A stretch of DNA of 64,000 nucleotides from Candidatus Avispirillum sp. (GCA_045636685.1 JAZTXZ010000109.1:10381-74380), one strand, 5' to 3'. Shown: positions 39,510-47,609, numbered from the stretch's first letter. Notes: generated from the sequence alone by a model not told the origin. Made by a program: numbers and translations.

Positions 39510-39684
39510 TTCAAATTCGGGTTTTGCGTGGGAGGTTATGTAGGGAAGCCGCTTGCTGCTCCTGCCCATCTGCACGCGAACCAAACTAACATTTACCCAT
39601 ATCGTTGCGTTTGCAGCGGATCGCCGAGGACGTCGACCCCTACAAATTCAATATCGTCTCCTCGATAAACCAGGATTTAAAATA
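39510..39684. repeat. REPIN/MITE-like element, copy 1 (~175 bp, imperfect 15-bp TIRs, inverted GTAG-headed hairpin motifs)
   Basis: Left end TTCAAATTCGGGTTT, right end AAACCAGGATTTAAA. Long blocks are identical to 54696-54891 (for example GCGAACCAAAC.AACATTTACC and ACGTCGACCCCTACAAA..TCAATATCGTCTCCTCGATAAACC). It contains GTAGGGAAGCCGCTTGCTGCTCCT at 39540-39563. Confidence 0.7.
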
Positions 39685-39813
39685 ACATAGAGATCAACTT
39701 TATACTCTGTGCATTCCTTTCTCCATTGTCAAAAAGCTATCCTTTGCATACTATGAAACTGAAGGTATAACAGTCCTTCAAAGATCTTTCAAAAGAAAGG
39801 ATAGGTATTATTT

Positions 39814-40653
39814 ATGTCTGAAAACAGACAGTGTCAGTCTTCGGCAAAAGAAATGGTATGCATTGATACATACCGCATCCTCGATTCCTGCCGCGACAAG
39901 GACTGCTTTGAAGATGTTCGCGTGTTTCTCACGGAATACGGTCAGGAGCTTATCGAACGTGCAGGCGCGGTGAGAGCAAAGTGCGCACGGATAGTATGGT
40001 CTTATATCGACATTGACCCTGTTCCCTTTAACCGCGGCTTCTATCAGCTTAACATCAAAATATATATCCGCATTATTGCAGAGGTTTGCGTTTCCCCCGG
40101 AAATATTCAGGAGATCGAGGGCATCGCAGTTGTTGAAAAAAAGGTAATCCTTTTTGGTAGTGAAGGAAACGTTTCGGTATTCAAGAGTGAAGCAGGCACA
40201 CCGTGCTCGGGATTTTGCCCTCCCTCAGACCGTTGCAGCTGCAAGAAGGGCTCAAATCTCCCCGTTGCCGTTCTCGAGACAGTTGACCCCATTATTCTCG
40301 ATTCCAAGGTAGTTTGCGCGCCTCAGAAGATCCGCTGCTGTTGCTACTGTGAAGATATTCCCGAATCGGTATGCTGTACGATAAACGGCGGCTCTATCTG
40401 TGACTCTGATGGAGATAAACTTGTGGTTACTCTTGGACTATTCTCCATCATTCGCATCGAGCGGCCCGCCCAGTATCTCATACAGGCAACAGAATACTGC
40501 GTTCCCGAAAAGGAATGCGTTGAAGCCAAAGATAATGACCCCTGCAAACTTTTCAATTCAATGGCCTTCCCTATCGGAGAATTCTGCCCTCCATCTGCAG
40601 GATCGCTGATTCATCACACCGGTGATTGTGGTGGCAAATGCAGTTGTAAATGA
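39814..40653 (+). CDS. Cysteine-rich hypothetical protein (about 25 Cys in 279 aa)
   Basis: ORF with RBS AAAGGATAGG. Cys clusters CSGFCPPSDRCSC, CCCYC, VCC and CGGKCSCK. No signal peptide or TM helix is evident. Confidence 0.6.
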   Translation: MSENRQCQSSAKEMVCIDTYRILDSCRDKDCFEDVRVFLTEYGQELIERAGAVRAKCARIVWSYIDIDPVPFNRGFYQLNIKIYIRIIAEVCVSPGNIQEIEGIAVVEKKVILFGSEGNVSVFKSEAGTPCSGFCPPSDRCSCKKGSNLPVAVLETVDPIILDSKVVCAPQKIRCCCYCEDIPESVCCTINGGSICDSDGDKLVVTLGLFSIIRIERPAQYLIQATEYCVPEKECVEAKDNDPCKLFNSMAFPIGEFCPPSAGSLIHHTGDCGGKCSCK

Positions 40654-40682
40654 TAAAAACCCGCCTTTGGCGGGTTTTTATC
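40654..40682 (+). terminator. Terminator after the Cys-rich gene
   Basis: Stem aaaacccgcc / ggcgggtttt plus T-run. Confidence 0.75.
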
Positions 40683-40828
40683 ATTTATGAGCACATCGTG
40701 CGTTAGAATACCCTCAGAACAACAATGATGTGATCGCTTCTAACTTAGTAAAACCGATCATAGCTCGCGGACCATTCCCCACGACAAGGACCTTGCCGTC
40801 GGGGGCCCCTATGGTAGGCGAATTTAGC

Positions 40829-40858
40829 TAAAAAAAAAGCACCCCGAAGGGTGCTTTT
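40829..40858 (-). terminator. Terminator after the TIM-barrel gene
   Basis: Stem agcaccc / gggtgct flanked by long A/T runs. Confidence 0.75.
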
Positions 40859-40860
40859 TT

Positions 40861-41835
40861 TCACGCCCAAGCCATGGTTGTGGGCTTAGGCTCGTGGATG
40901 ATGCAGGGTGCGAGGCACTCGATTGCCTTGCAAAGACCCTCGTCGATGGACATAAGGCTGTCCTCGTGCTCGATGGACATAACCTTATCGTAACCAACAA
41001 GACGAAGAGCGGAGCAGATGTCCTTCCACCACTTCTGGTCGTGGCCGTAACCTACTGCACGGAATACCCATGCGCGGTTGAGCTCGTCACCGTAGTGCTT
41101 TGTATCAAGAACACCGTTTACGCTTGTGTTAATATCGTCGATCTTATTATCCTTAGCATGGAAGTGATAGATAGCATCGCCAAGGTAACGGATAGCCGCT
41201 ACGGGATCGATGCCCTGCCATACAAGGTGAGAGGGGTCGAAGTTTGCACCGAGAACGGGGCTAACTGCATTTCTGAGTCTCATAAGAGTCTCGGGGTTGT
41301 ATACACAGAAGCCGGGGTGCATCTCGAATGCGATCTTTGTTACGCCGTGAGCCTCTGCAAATGCAGCAGTCTCCTTCCAGTAAGGAATGAGAACCTCGTT
41401 CCACTGGTAATCAAGAACGCCAAGGAAGTCATCGGGCCAGGGGCAAGTTACCCAGTTGGGTGTCTTATCCTCTGCGCATCCGCCGGGACAGCCGGAGAAT
41501 GTGATGATAGTATCAACGCCTACCTTCTCTGCGAGAAGAACTGCGTTTACAAAGTCCTTATGGAAGGACTCAGCGATAGCCTTATCGGGGTGAACTGCGT
41601 TGCCGTGGCAAGCAAAAGCAGCAAGCTCGATATCATACTTCTTGAATGTATCAACGAACTCCTGAAGAGCCTTCTCATCTGCGAGAAGCTTCTCGGGGTC
41701 GCAATGAGCCTTGCCGGGGAAACCGCCGGCACCGATCTCAACTGCCTCAACGCCGAGAGCCTTGAGCTTTGCAAGGGTCTCATCAAGTGTGAGGTTTGCA
41801 TAAAGGTTTGCAAGTACGCAAAGTTTCATAATCAA
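40861..41835 (-). CDS. Sugar-phosphate isomerase/epimerase (xylose-isomerase-like TIM barrel)
   Basis: 324 aa. Typical AP-endonuclease-2/TIM-barrel pattern (GVEAVEIG, FEMHPG, SIEHED). Confidence 0.85.
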   Translation of the reverse strand: MIMKLCVLANLYANLTLDETLAKLKALGVEAVEIGAGGFPGKAHCDPEKLLADEKALQEFVDTFKKYDIELAAFACHGNAVHPDKAIAESFHKDFVNAVLLAEKVGVDTIITFSGCPGGCAEDKTPNWVTCPWPDDFLGVLDYQWNEVLIPYWKETAAFAEAHGVTKIAFEMHPGFCVYNPETLMRLRNAVSPVLGANFDPSHLVWQGIDPVAAIRYLGDAIYHFHAKDNKIDDINTSVNGVLDTKHYGDELNRAWVFRAVGYGHDQKWWKDICSALRLVGYDKVMSIEHEDSLMSIDEGLCKAIECLAPCIIHEPKPTTMAWA

Positions 41836-41901
41836 AAGAACCTTTCAATAAAAGTTAGACCCGTGTACCCGAGGGCACACGGGTGCTGAATTAGTTTTTT
41901 A

Positions 41902-42990
41902 TCAGTTGAAGTAAACCGCTTTACCTGTCTTGGCACTTTCATAAATGCCCTCGAGGATCTGAGTTACAACGTATGCCTGCTCGGGAAGTACAAGGGGCTC
42001 TGTATCGTCGATGATGCAGTGGATCCACTGATAAGCCTCTCTCTCGTGAGGAGCGCCACCTGCGTTACCGGAGTAGAAGTCTACGCCGCCTGCACCAAGC
42101 TCGATAGTCTTTGTGAACATTCTGTTGTTGTCAACGCCGTTGATGCGGAGACCGTCAACCATGTCAGCACCGCCCTGAGTACCGCAAAGAGTTGTCTTTG
42201 CCTCTCTTACGTCAAGAGAGTTGAGCGCCCATGCAGACTCGAGAACGATAGTAGCACCGTTTTCCATTACAACGAAGCCGAATGCAGAATCCTCAACTGT
42301 GAACTCATCAGGGTTCCAGTCGCCAACTGCGTTAGCTGTGTTTGTCTGGTAACGGAACTTATGGTAAGTTGTACCAACACAGTACTTGGGCTTATAGTTG
42401 TTCATTGTCCAGAGAGTGAGGTCGAGAGCGTGTGTTCCGATATCGATGAGGGGACCGCCGCCCTGCTCGTCTTCCTTAAGGAATACGCCCCATGTGGGAA
42501 CGAAACGACGACGGATAGCGTGAGCCTTTGCATAATAGATCTCACCGAGATCGCCGCGATCGCAGATATCCTTAAGATAGAGAGAATCGGGTCTCTGACG
42601 GTTCTGATAGCCGATAGAGAGCTTCTTGCCTGTTCTCTTAGCAGCCTCAAGCATCTTGAGAGCCTCTTCGGAGTTGATAGCCATGGGCTTCTCGCACATT
42701 ACGTGCTTGCCTGCCTCAAGAGCATCAACTGTGATAAAGCTGTGAGAAATGTTGGGAGTACAAACGTGTACAACGTCGATAGATTCGTCAGCGAGAAGGT
42801 CCTTGTAGTTCTCATAGAACTTAGCGTCTGCAGTACCGTACTGCTTGCAAGCAGCCTCAGCTCTTTCAACGATGATATCGCAGAAAGCAACCATCTCTAC
42901 CTCAGGTACAGACTTAAGACCGGGAAGGTGCTTACCGTTAGCAATACCGCCGCAACCGATAATACCAACTCTTACTTTTCCGTTTTCCAT
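41902..42990 (-). CDS. Gfo/Idh/MocA-family NAD(P)-dependent oxidoreductase
   Basis: N-terminal Rossmann VRVGIIGCGGIANGKH and the family motif EKPMA. Confidence 0.9.
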   Translation of the reverse strand: MENGKVRVGIIGCGGIANGKHLPGLKSVPEVEMVAFCDIIVERAEAACKQYGTADAKFYENYKDLLADESIDVVHVCTPNISHSFITVDALEAGKHVMCEKPMAINSEEALKMLEAAKRTGKKLSIGYQNRQRPDSLYLKDICDRGDLGEIYYAKAHAIRRRFVPTWGVFLKEDEQGGGPLIDIGTHALDLTLWTMNNYKPKYCVGTTYHKFRYQTNTANAVGDWNPDEFTVEDSAFGFVVMENGATIVLESAWALNSLDVREAKTTLCGTQGGADMVDGLRINGVDNNRMFTKTIELGAGGVDFYSGNAGGAPHEREAYQWIHCIIDDTEPLVLPEQAYVVTQILEGIYESAKTGKAVYFN

Positions 42991-43231
42991 TGGGGTAATC
43001 CTCCGTATTATATAAATTTATTATTTCATTGTAGAAATTGCATAATTCCAACTCTATTTTATAGTAACAAATCAATGATTTCAAGGCTTTTCGGTATTTT
43101 TTTCAATATATTTCCAATATCGTTATTTCCAACAAAACATATATACCTTATTTTGTGCTTTTGACTATTGGTTTATGCGATAAAACTCGGCAAAAAGGCA
43201 TCCAACGACCCATAATTTACCGCCAAACATT

Positions 43232-43258
43232 GTAGGGGCGACCATTGGTCGTCCCTAC
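43232..43258. repeat. REP-like palindrome GTAGGGGCGACC-ATT-GGTCGTCCCTAC
   Basis: 27-nt near-perfect palindrome with GTAG/CTAC ends. It lies 19 nt downstream of the GNAT stop and about 470 nt from the RAYT-like gene. Confidence 0.6.
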
Positions 43259-43276
43259 GTTATCCGATACAATAAC

Positions 43277-43738
43277 TTATTCTGTATAAGCGGATATATT
43301 TATTTCTTTTCTATATATTTTCTCAACACTCCCCCAAGGTGCTACTTTTCTGTCTATCACAACAAATCCGTATTTTTCATAAAGATTTTCATGATCGCTA
43401 ATAAGGTAAATGTCTGAAAATCCTACGTTCTTCAAATACCGTTCCGCGTATTGGATCATCAACTGACTCAAACGGTTACCTCTGTATTTTTGATCAACGA
43501 AAATGTAACTGACATACGGAGTATAGGGAACATCGGGAATACAATCATTTTTTTGAACCGTACAAAATCCGCATATATCTTCATTTTCAGTTACTACAAT
43601 CACTTTCTCCCAATCTGAAAACTGATTTTCTTCCATCAAAAAAGCGAGATTTTTACCTGCTCTCCACGAACAATTCTCAGCATAATTCTTTGCAATTTGC
43701 CAGAAAGGGTCGGTTGAATCTATTAATCTAAATTTCAA
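43277..43738 (-). CDS. GNAT-family N-acetyltransferase
   Basis: 153 aa. Acetyl-CoA binding pattern VDQKYRGNRLSQLMIQYAERYLKNVG. Confidence 0.8.
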   Translation of the reverse strand: MKFRLIDSTDPFWQIAKNYAENCSWRAGKNLAFLMEENQFSDWEKVIVVTENEDICGFCTVQKNDCIPDVPYTPYVSYIFVDQKYRGNRLSQLMIQYAERYLKNVGFSDIYLISDHENLYEKYGFVVIDRKVAPWGSVEKIYRKEINISAYTE

Positions 43739-44330
43739 TATCAGTCTTTTCTCCCAAATTCATATTTTTGTAATACCACCGCATCGGATTTTCGTGGATG
43801 TATTTAACATGCTCCTCGTAATCCTCGCGATTGCGGATAACGTGCTCAGAAAAGGAACGTTGAAACATTTTATCGATTCCAAATTTCTTTTTACATTCAC
43901 GGGACATCAAAGATTTAAATGCACGAACTACATCATGCAGCGTAGGGGAGCCGCTTGCTGCTCCCGACTCCATGCGTAAAAATATAAGTAAATGAATATG
44001 GTCGGGCATAATAACGTAATTCTTTATTTTTACGTTATTATATCGATTTTCTAAATTCAGGATCTGTTCTTCTGCGATTTTGCCAATGGGGGTTAACCTT
44101 GATTTATAGTTGTTTGAAAATGAAGATTGTGCCTCTGAAATTTCGTTTAAATCAAGACGTTCGTTCTCGGGAGCAGCAAGCGGCTCCCCTACGATGTTTG
44201 ACAAAATCCGTTTTCTATCCTGCGTACATATCGTTACAAAATATACGCCGGTTTTGCTGTAATCATAATTTTTGAGATGCGTTGCTTTTCTCTCAGGTAA
44301 TTTGTTTTCCATATCTATCACCTTATTCAA
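43728..44330 (-). CDS. IS200-like Y1 (HUH) transposase family protein, REP-associated tyrosine transposase (RAYT)-like
   Basis: 200 aa. YFVTICTQDR N-terminal strand, HUH motif IMPDHIHLLI, C-terminal catalytic Tyr context EHVKYIHENPMRW. No IS ends or second IS gene are present. Confidence 0.8.
   Translation of the reverse strand: MNKVIDMENKLPERKATHLKNYDYSKTGVYFVTICTQDRKRILSNIVGEPLAAPENERLDLNEISEAQSSFSNNYKSRLTPIGKIAEEQILNLENRYNNVKIKNYVIMPDHIHLLIFLRMESGAASGSPTLHDVVRAFKSLMSRECKKKFGIDKMFQRSFSEHVIRNREDYEEHVKYIHENPMRWYYKNMNLGEKTDIEI
43942..43965 (+). repeat. GTAG-headed hairpin 24-mer inside the RAYT-like CDS (copy A)
   Basis: GTAGGGGAGCCGCTTGCTGCTCCC (GTAG + GGGAGC/GCTCCC stem). Read on the coding strand it gives SGAASGSPT. 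Confidence 0.7.
44169..44192 (-). repeat. GTAG-headed hairpin 24-mer inside the RAYT-like CDS (copy B, inverted)
   Basis: Exact reverse complement of 43942-43965 (24/24). In the coding frame it reads GTA GGG GAG CCG CTT GCT GCT CCC = VGEPLAAP. Confidence 0.7.
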
Positions 44331-44361
44331 AAAAAACCGCAGGGTTTCCCCTGCGGTTTTT
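44329..44361 (-). terminator. Terminator after the BNR-protein pair
   Basis: Stem accgcaggg / ccctgcggt flanked by A/T runs. Confidence 0.75.
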
Positions 44362-44365
44362 AAGA

Positions 44366-45487
44366 TTACTTATTCAATTTCCACTTTGTGGAAAGGATGC
44401 TGGTGTGCCAGTCCTCGGGGAGGGCCTGATAATAAATTGTATAGAGAGATCCGTCGGGAAGCTCTACTGTTGCGGGGTAGCCCATATCGCGCTGACCCTC
44501 GTAATTGATATTATCGTTAAGGATATAATCCTCTTCCCATGTTTCGCCGTTATCGTAGCTTACCACTGCTCTTTCGGAGATCTGTCCCCAGGTACGGCAG
44601 GAATAGCTGCAGATAACAGCACCGGAAGAATGCACCATAAAGTGAGGAGGCATTCCGTCAACACCGATGCACTTGGGAACGCTCCATGTCTTACCCTTAT
44701 CATCGGAATATGTTACGTATACGGAATCGGAGGGTGCATCCTTTCTGCCGTTTACGCGGATACCGCCGAGGATTCTGCCGTTAGGAAGCTCGATCTGGTG
44801 AGCCTCGTACATCTGACCGTAGTCGCAGTCCTCGCCCATGGGAACCTGACCTGCATATTCCCATGTTGCGCCGTCATCTGTACTTGTATAGCAAACGAAA
44901 TCGTTATCGAAAGCATAATCAGGCTCGAATCTCTTGCCCATATAAACGAGAGTACCATCCTTGCAGCGGCAGGGGCCGTGAGGAGAATGAACGTTGAGTC
45001 TTACTCTTTCACCCCATGTTACGCCGTTATCTGTGGAAAGGCTTACGTATGAGCCCTTCTCCTCGTTATACTCCTCGTCTGTGAGAGTATGCCAATACTT
45101 GCTCCAGCCATCCATCATTGCCTTATCGCCGGGGTTGAGCCATGTCTGCTCCTGCATATGATCGAGGTAATTATCGTAATTATCGGTATACCAGGACATG
45201 AGCATCTTTCCGCCGCCGAGGTTAAGGATTCCGGGGTCGCGGTCGTCAATTCTTGAATCGTATACCACGATAGGGGGAGTCCATGTCTTACCCTCGTTGA
45301 AGCTGACCCACATGATGTTCTTTCCTGCGTGGTCAACGTGGGACATACGAAGGCCTGATGCTACTGCATAAAGCCAGCCGTTATCGCCCATAGCAAGAGA
45401 GGGCCATGCGTTATACTTGAAGGGATTATGATCGTTTGTATATCTGTGTACTATGCCGTGCTCGGCTTCGGGTCTGATTATTTTCAT
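44366..45487 (-). CDS. BNR/Asp-box repeat protein, sialidase-like beta-propeller (no signal peptide), paralog 2
   Basis: Five SxDxGxTW-type Asp boxes (SFNEGKTW, STDNGVTW, STDDGATW, SDDKGKTW, SYDNGETW). Start set at ATG 45487 (MKIIRPE), homologous to the paralog's start and forming an ATGA overlap with the upstream stop. Confidence 0.8.
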   Translation of the reverse strand: MKIIRPEAEHGIVHRYTNDHNPFKYNAWPSLAMGDNGWLYAVASGLRMSHVDHAGKNIMWVSFNEGKTWTPPIVVYDSRIDDRDPGILNLGGGKMLMSWYTDNYDNYLDHMQEQTWLNPGDKAMMDGWSKYWHTLTDEEYNEEKGSYVSLSTDNGVTWGERVRLNVHSPHGPCRCKDGTLVYMGKRFEPDYAFDNDFVCYTSTDDGATWEYAGQVPMGEDCDYGQMYEAHQIELPNGRILGGIRVNGRKDAPSDSVYVTYSDDKGKTWSVPKCIGVDGMPPHFMVHSSGAVICSYSCRTWGQISERAVVSYDNGETWEEDYILNDNINYEGQRDMGYPATVELPDGSLYTIYYQALPEDWHTSILSTKWKLNK

Positions 45488-46605
45488 TTGTTTAAACTCC
45501 ATTTCGTATAAAGAATACTTGTATGCCAGTCATCGGGAAGTGCCTGATAATAAAGGGTGAGAAGTGAGCCGTCGGAAAGCTCAACAGTTGCGGGGTAGCC
45601 CATATCGTGCTGCTTATTTCTGTTGATTCTCTCATCAAGAACGTAATCCTCGGACCATGTCTCGCCGTTATCGTAGCTGACAACTGCACGCTCGGACATA
45701 GTTTCCCAGTTTCTGCAGCTATAGCTGAGAATGAGAGCGCCTGAGGAATGGATCATGAAATGAGGGGGCATTCCGTCGATTCCCATGCATTTAGGAGTAG
45801 ACCATGTTACGCCCTTATCATCGGAATATGTAAGATATGTGGAATCTGTGGGTGCCTCCTGTCTTCCGTTTACGCGGATAGCGCCGAGAAGGCGTCCGTT
45901 TGGAAGCTCGATGATATGAGGCTCGTGCACCTGATTGGGAGCAAGGTTTTCAAAATCGGGAACCTTTCCGCAGAACTCCCAATTCTTTCCGCCATCAGTG
46001 CTCTTCCAACACTCAACGTCGGGGCCGTAGGGATGCTCATAGGTCATTGTTTTGCCGAGATAGTAAATAGTTCCGTCCTTTGCAACACAGGGACCGTGGG
46101 GGCTTGTTACGGGAACTCTGATGTTCTCGCCCCATGTTACACCGTAATCATCGGAAAGCTTAACAAAGCTTCCCCACTCCTCCTTTGCCTTTTCGGGAGG
46201 AAGAGTTTTCCAATATCCGCTCCAGCCGCTGATCATTGCCTTATCGGAGGGATGCATCCAATCCTGATCCTGCATATGGTCAAGATGGTTTTCATACACA
46301 CTTGTGAACCATGACATAAGCATTTTGCCCTCACCGAGGTAGAGGATACCTGTATCGCGGTCATCAAAATTGGAATCGTTTACGATAATGGGGGCAGTCC
46401 AGCTTTCGCCGTCGTTAAAGCTGACCCACATTACGTTCTTACCGCAGGGGTCAACGTGGGAAAGTCTGAGGCCTGATGCAGTTGCATAAAGGATACCGCG
46501 ATCGTCCTTACAAACTGTAGGCCATGCATTATATCTGAAGCAGTTATGCTCTGTAGGGTATCTGTGAACTATGCCGTGCTTCTTTACAGGATCGATTATC
46601 TTCAT
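45484..46605 (-). CDS. BNR/Asp-box repeat protein, sialidase-like beta-propeller (no signal peptide), paralog 1
   Basis: Same architecture. Start set at ATG 46605 (MKIIDPV), preceded by GAGGAAAGGAA. The ORF-track extension to 46725 was rejected. Confidence 0.8.
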   Translation of the reverse strand: MKIIDPVKKHGIVHRYPTEHNCFRYNAWPTVCKDDRGILYATASGLRLSHVDPCGKNVMWVSFNDGESWTAPIIVNDSNFDDRDTGILYLGEGKMLMSWFTSVYENHLDHMQDQDWMHPSDKAMISGWSGYWKTLPPEKAKEEWGSFVKLSDDYGVTWGENIRVPVTSPHGPCVAKDGTIYYLGKTMTYEHPYGPDVECWKSTDGGKNWEFCGKVPDFENLAPNQVHEPHIIELPNGRLLGAIRVNGRQEAPTDSTYLTYSDDKGVTWSTPKCMGIDGMPPHFMIHSSGALILSYSCRNWETMSERAVVSYDNGETWSEDYVLDERINRNKQHDMGYPATVELSDGSLLTLYYQALPDDWHTSILYTKWSLNK

Positions 46606-46825
46606 AAATCCTATTCCTTTCCTCTGTTTGCGCATAGCGCGAAGGTCGTCTGTTTTTTTCGTACAACGTTTTTGCAAAGCAAAATAATACAAGGTAAGTT
46701 TACCATTTTTGCCTTGTCTTGTCAATGTTTATGGGGAAAGTAAAATTTAGCAAACGCGAAACCAAACAGATCAAAATATTTGTTTTTGCATCATAGTCTT
46801 CCGATCAACTATAAATTTTAACAAA

Positions 46826-46862
46826 GCAAAAAGCTGCTGCACAATGTGCAGCAGCTTTCTTC
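46826..46862 (-). terminator. Terminator after cpsB
   Basis: Stem aagctgctgcac / gtgcagcagctt with an A-run (T-run on the minus strand). Confidence 0.7.
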
Positions 46863-46873
46863 TAATATTGAAT

Positions 46874-47575
46874 TTATTGTATCGAAATTGCATTTTCAAG
46901 AAGATACTGTGTTTCGCTTGTAACGTCAAGTCCTGCTTTTTCAAGGCGCTTCACAAGGCTGAGAAGATTTTTAACAGCCTTTTTATCCGCTCCGTGGATA
47001 TCGCTGCCAACGGCAATCACAGGAAGATTTTCAATGATCCATTTCACCTTCTTGCGTCCCTTAAAGGTTGCCTGAGTTTCACCATTTATCTGATAAAGGA
47101 CATCACATTCATTACAAAGCCTTATAATATCGGCAGTTGGATATCTGTCTATATGCGCCATCACAACTGTCATTCCCATACGTGATATCCTCGAAACTGC
47201 CTCTATATGGCTATCATTCCAGGAGGAAAATGGCATTTCCAACAGGATCACATCCGTTCCCTCAATGCAAAGCCGTCCGAAATCTTGCATATGATCTATT
47301 CCCGGGCAGACAAGAACTTCTGCGCCGAGATAAACCTTAGGATTAACGTCAGAAACAATACGGGAAAGCTCCCCTACAGCGGCACTTCTTCTTTCAAGGA
47401 AGCTATCAACACTATCCTTCTGCGGATAGAAATGGGGCGTAGCAACAACTGATTTTACACCCGCGCTTTTAAGAAGAAAAAGCTGCTCCTCAGAGTTTTT
47501 TACACTTTTTGATCCATGATCGGCACCGGGAAGGATATGTGCATGAAAATCTATGATAAAGTCACTTTTTTTCAT
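46874..47575 (-). CDS. cpsB: PHP-family protein-tyrosine phosphatase (CpsB/YwqE type)
   Basis: DFHAHILPGADHGS N-terminal motif; 233 aa; lies downstream of the BY-kinase. Confidence 0.85.
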   Translation of the reverse strand: MKKSDFIIDFHAHILPGADHGSKSVKNSEEQLFLLKSAGVKSVVATPHFYPQKDSVDSFLERRSAAVGELSRIVSDVNPKVYLGAEVLVCPGIDHMQDFGRLCIEGTDVILLEMPFSSWNDSHIEAVSRISRMGMTVVMAHIDRYPTADIIRLCNECDVLYQINGETQATFKGRKKVKWIIENLPVIAVGSDIHGADKKAVKNLLSLVKRLEKAGLDVTSETQYLLENAISIQ

Positions 47576-47609
47576 ACGTCGGCTCCTTTATATTTGCCGG
47601 ATTTGGGGC

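Noticed and set aside
40700-40830. Possible third, degenerate fragment of the REPIN-like element (CGACAAGGACCTTGCCGTCGGGGG hairpin and GGTAGGCGAATTT, resembling CGGCAAGGTT...GTAGAGGCGAATT of copy 2).
   Set aside because: Similarity is limited to two short patches with indels, and neither the TIRs nor the conserved core are present. It cannot be distinguished from chance without a proper alignment, so it is kept only as a note.
46606-46725. ORF-track N-terminal extension of the first BNR paralog (MTRQGKNGK...).
   Set aside because: The paralog alignment begins at MKIIDP / MKIIRP, and a strong RBS (GAGGAAAGGAA) precedes ATG 46605.
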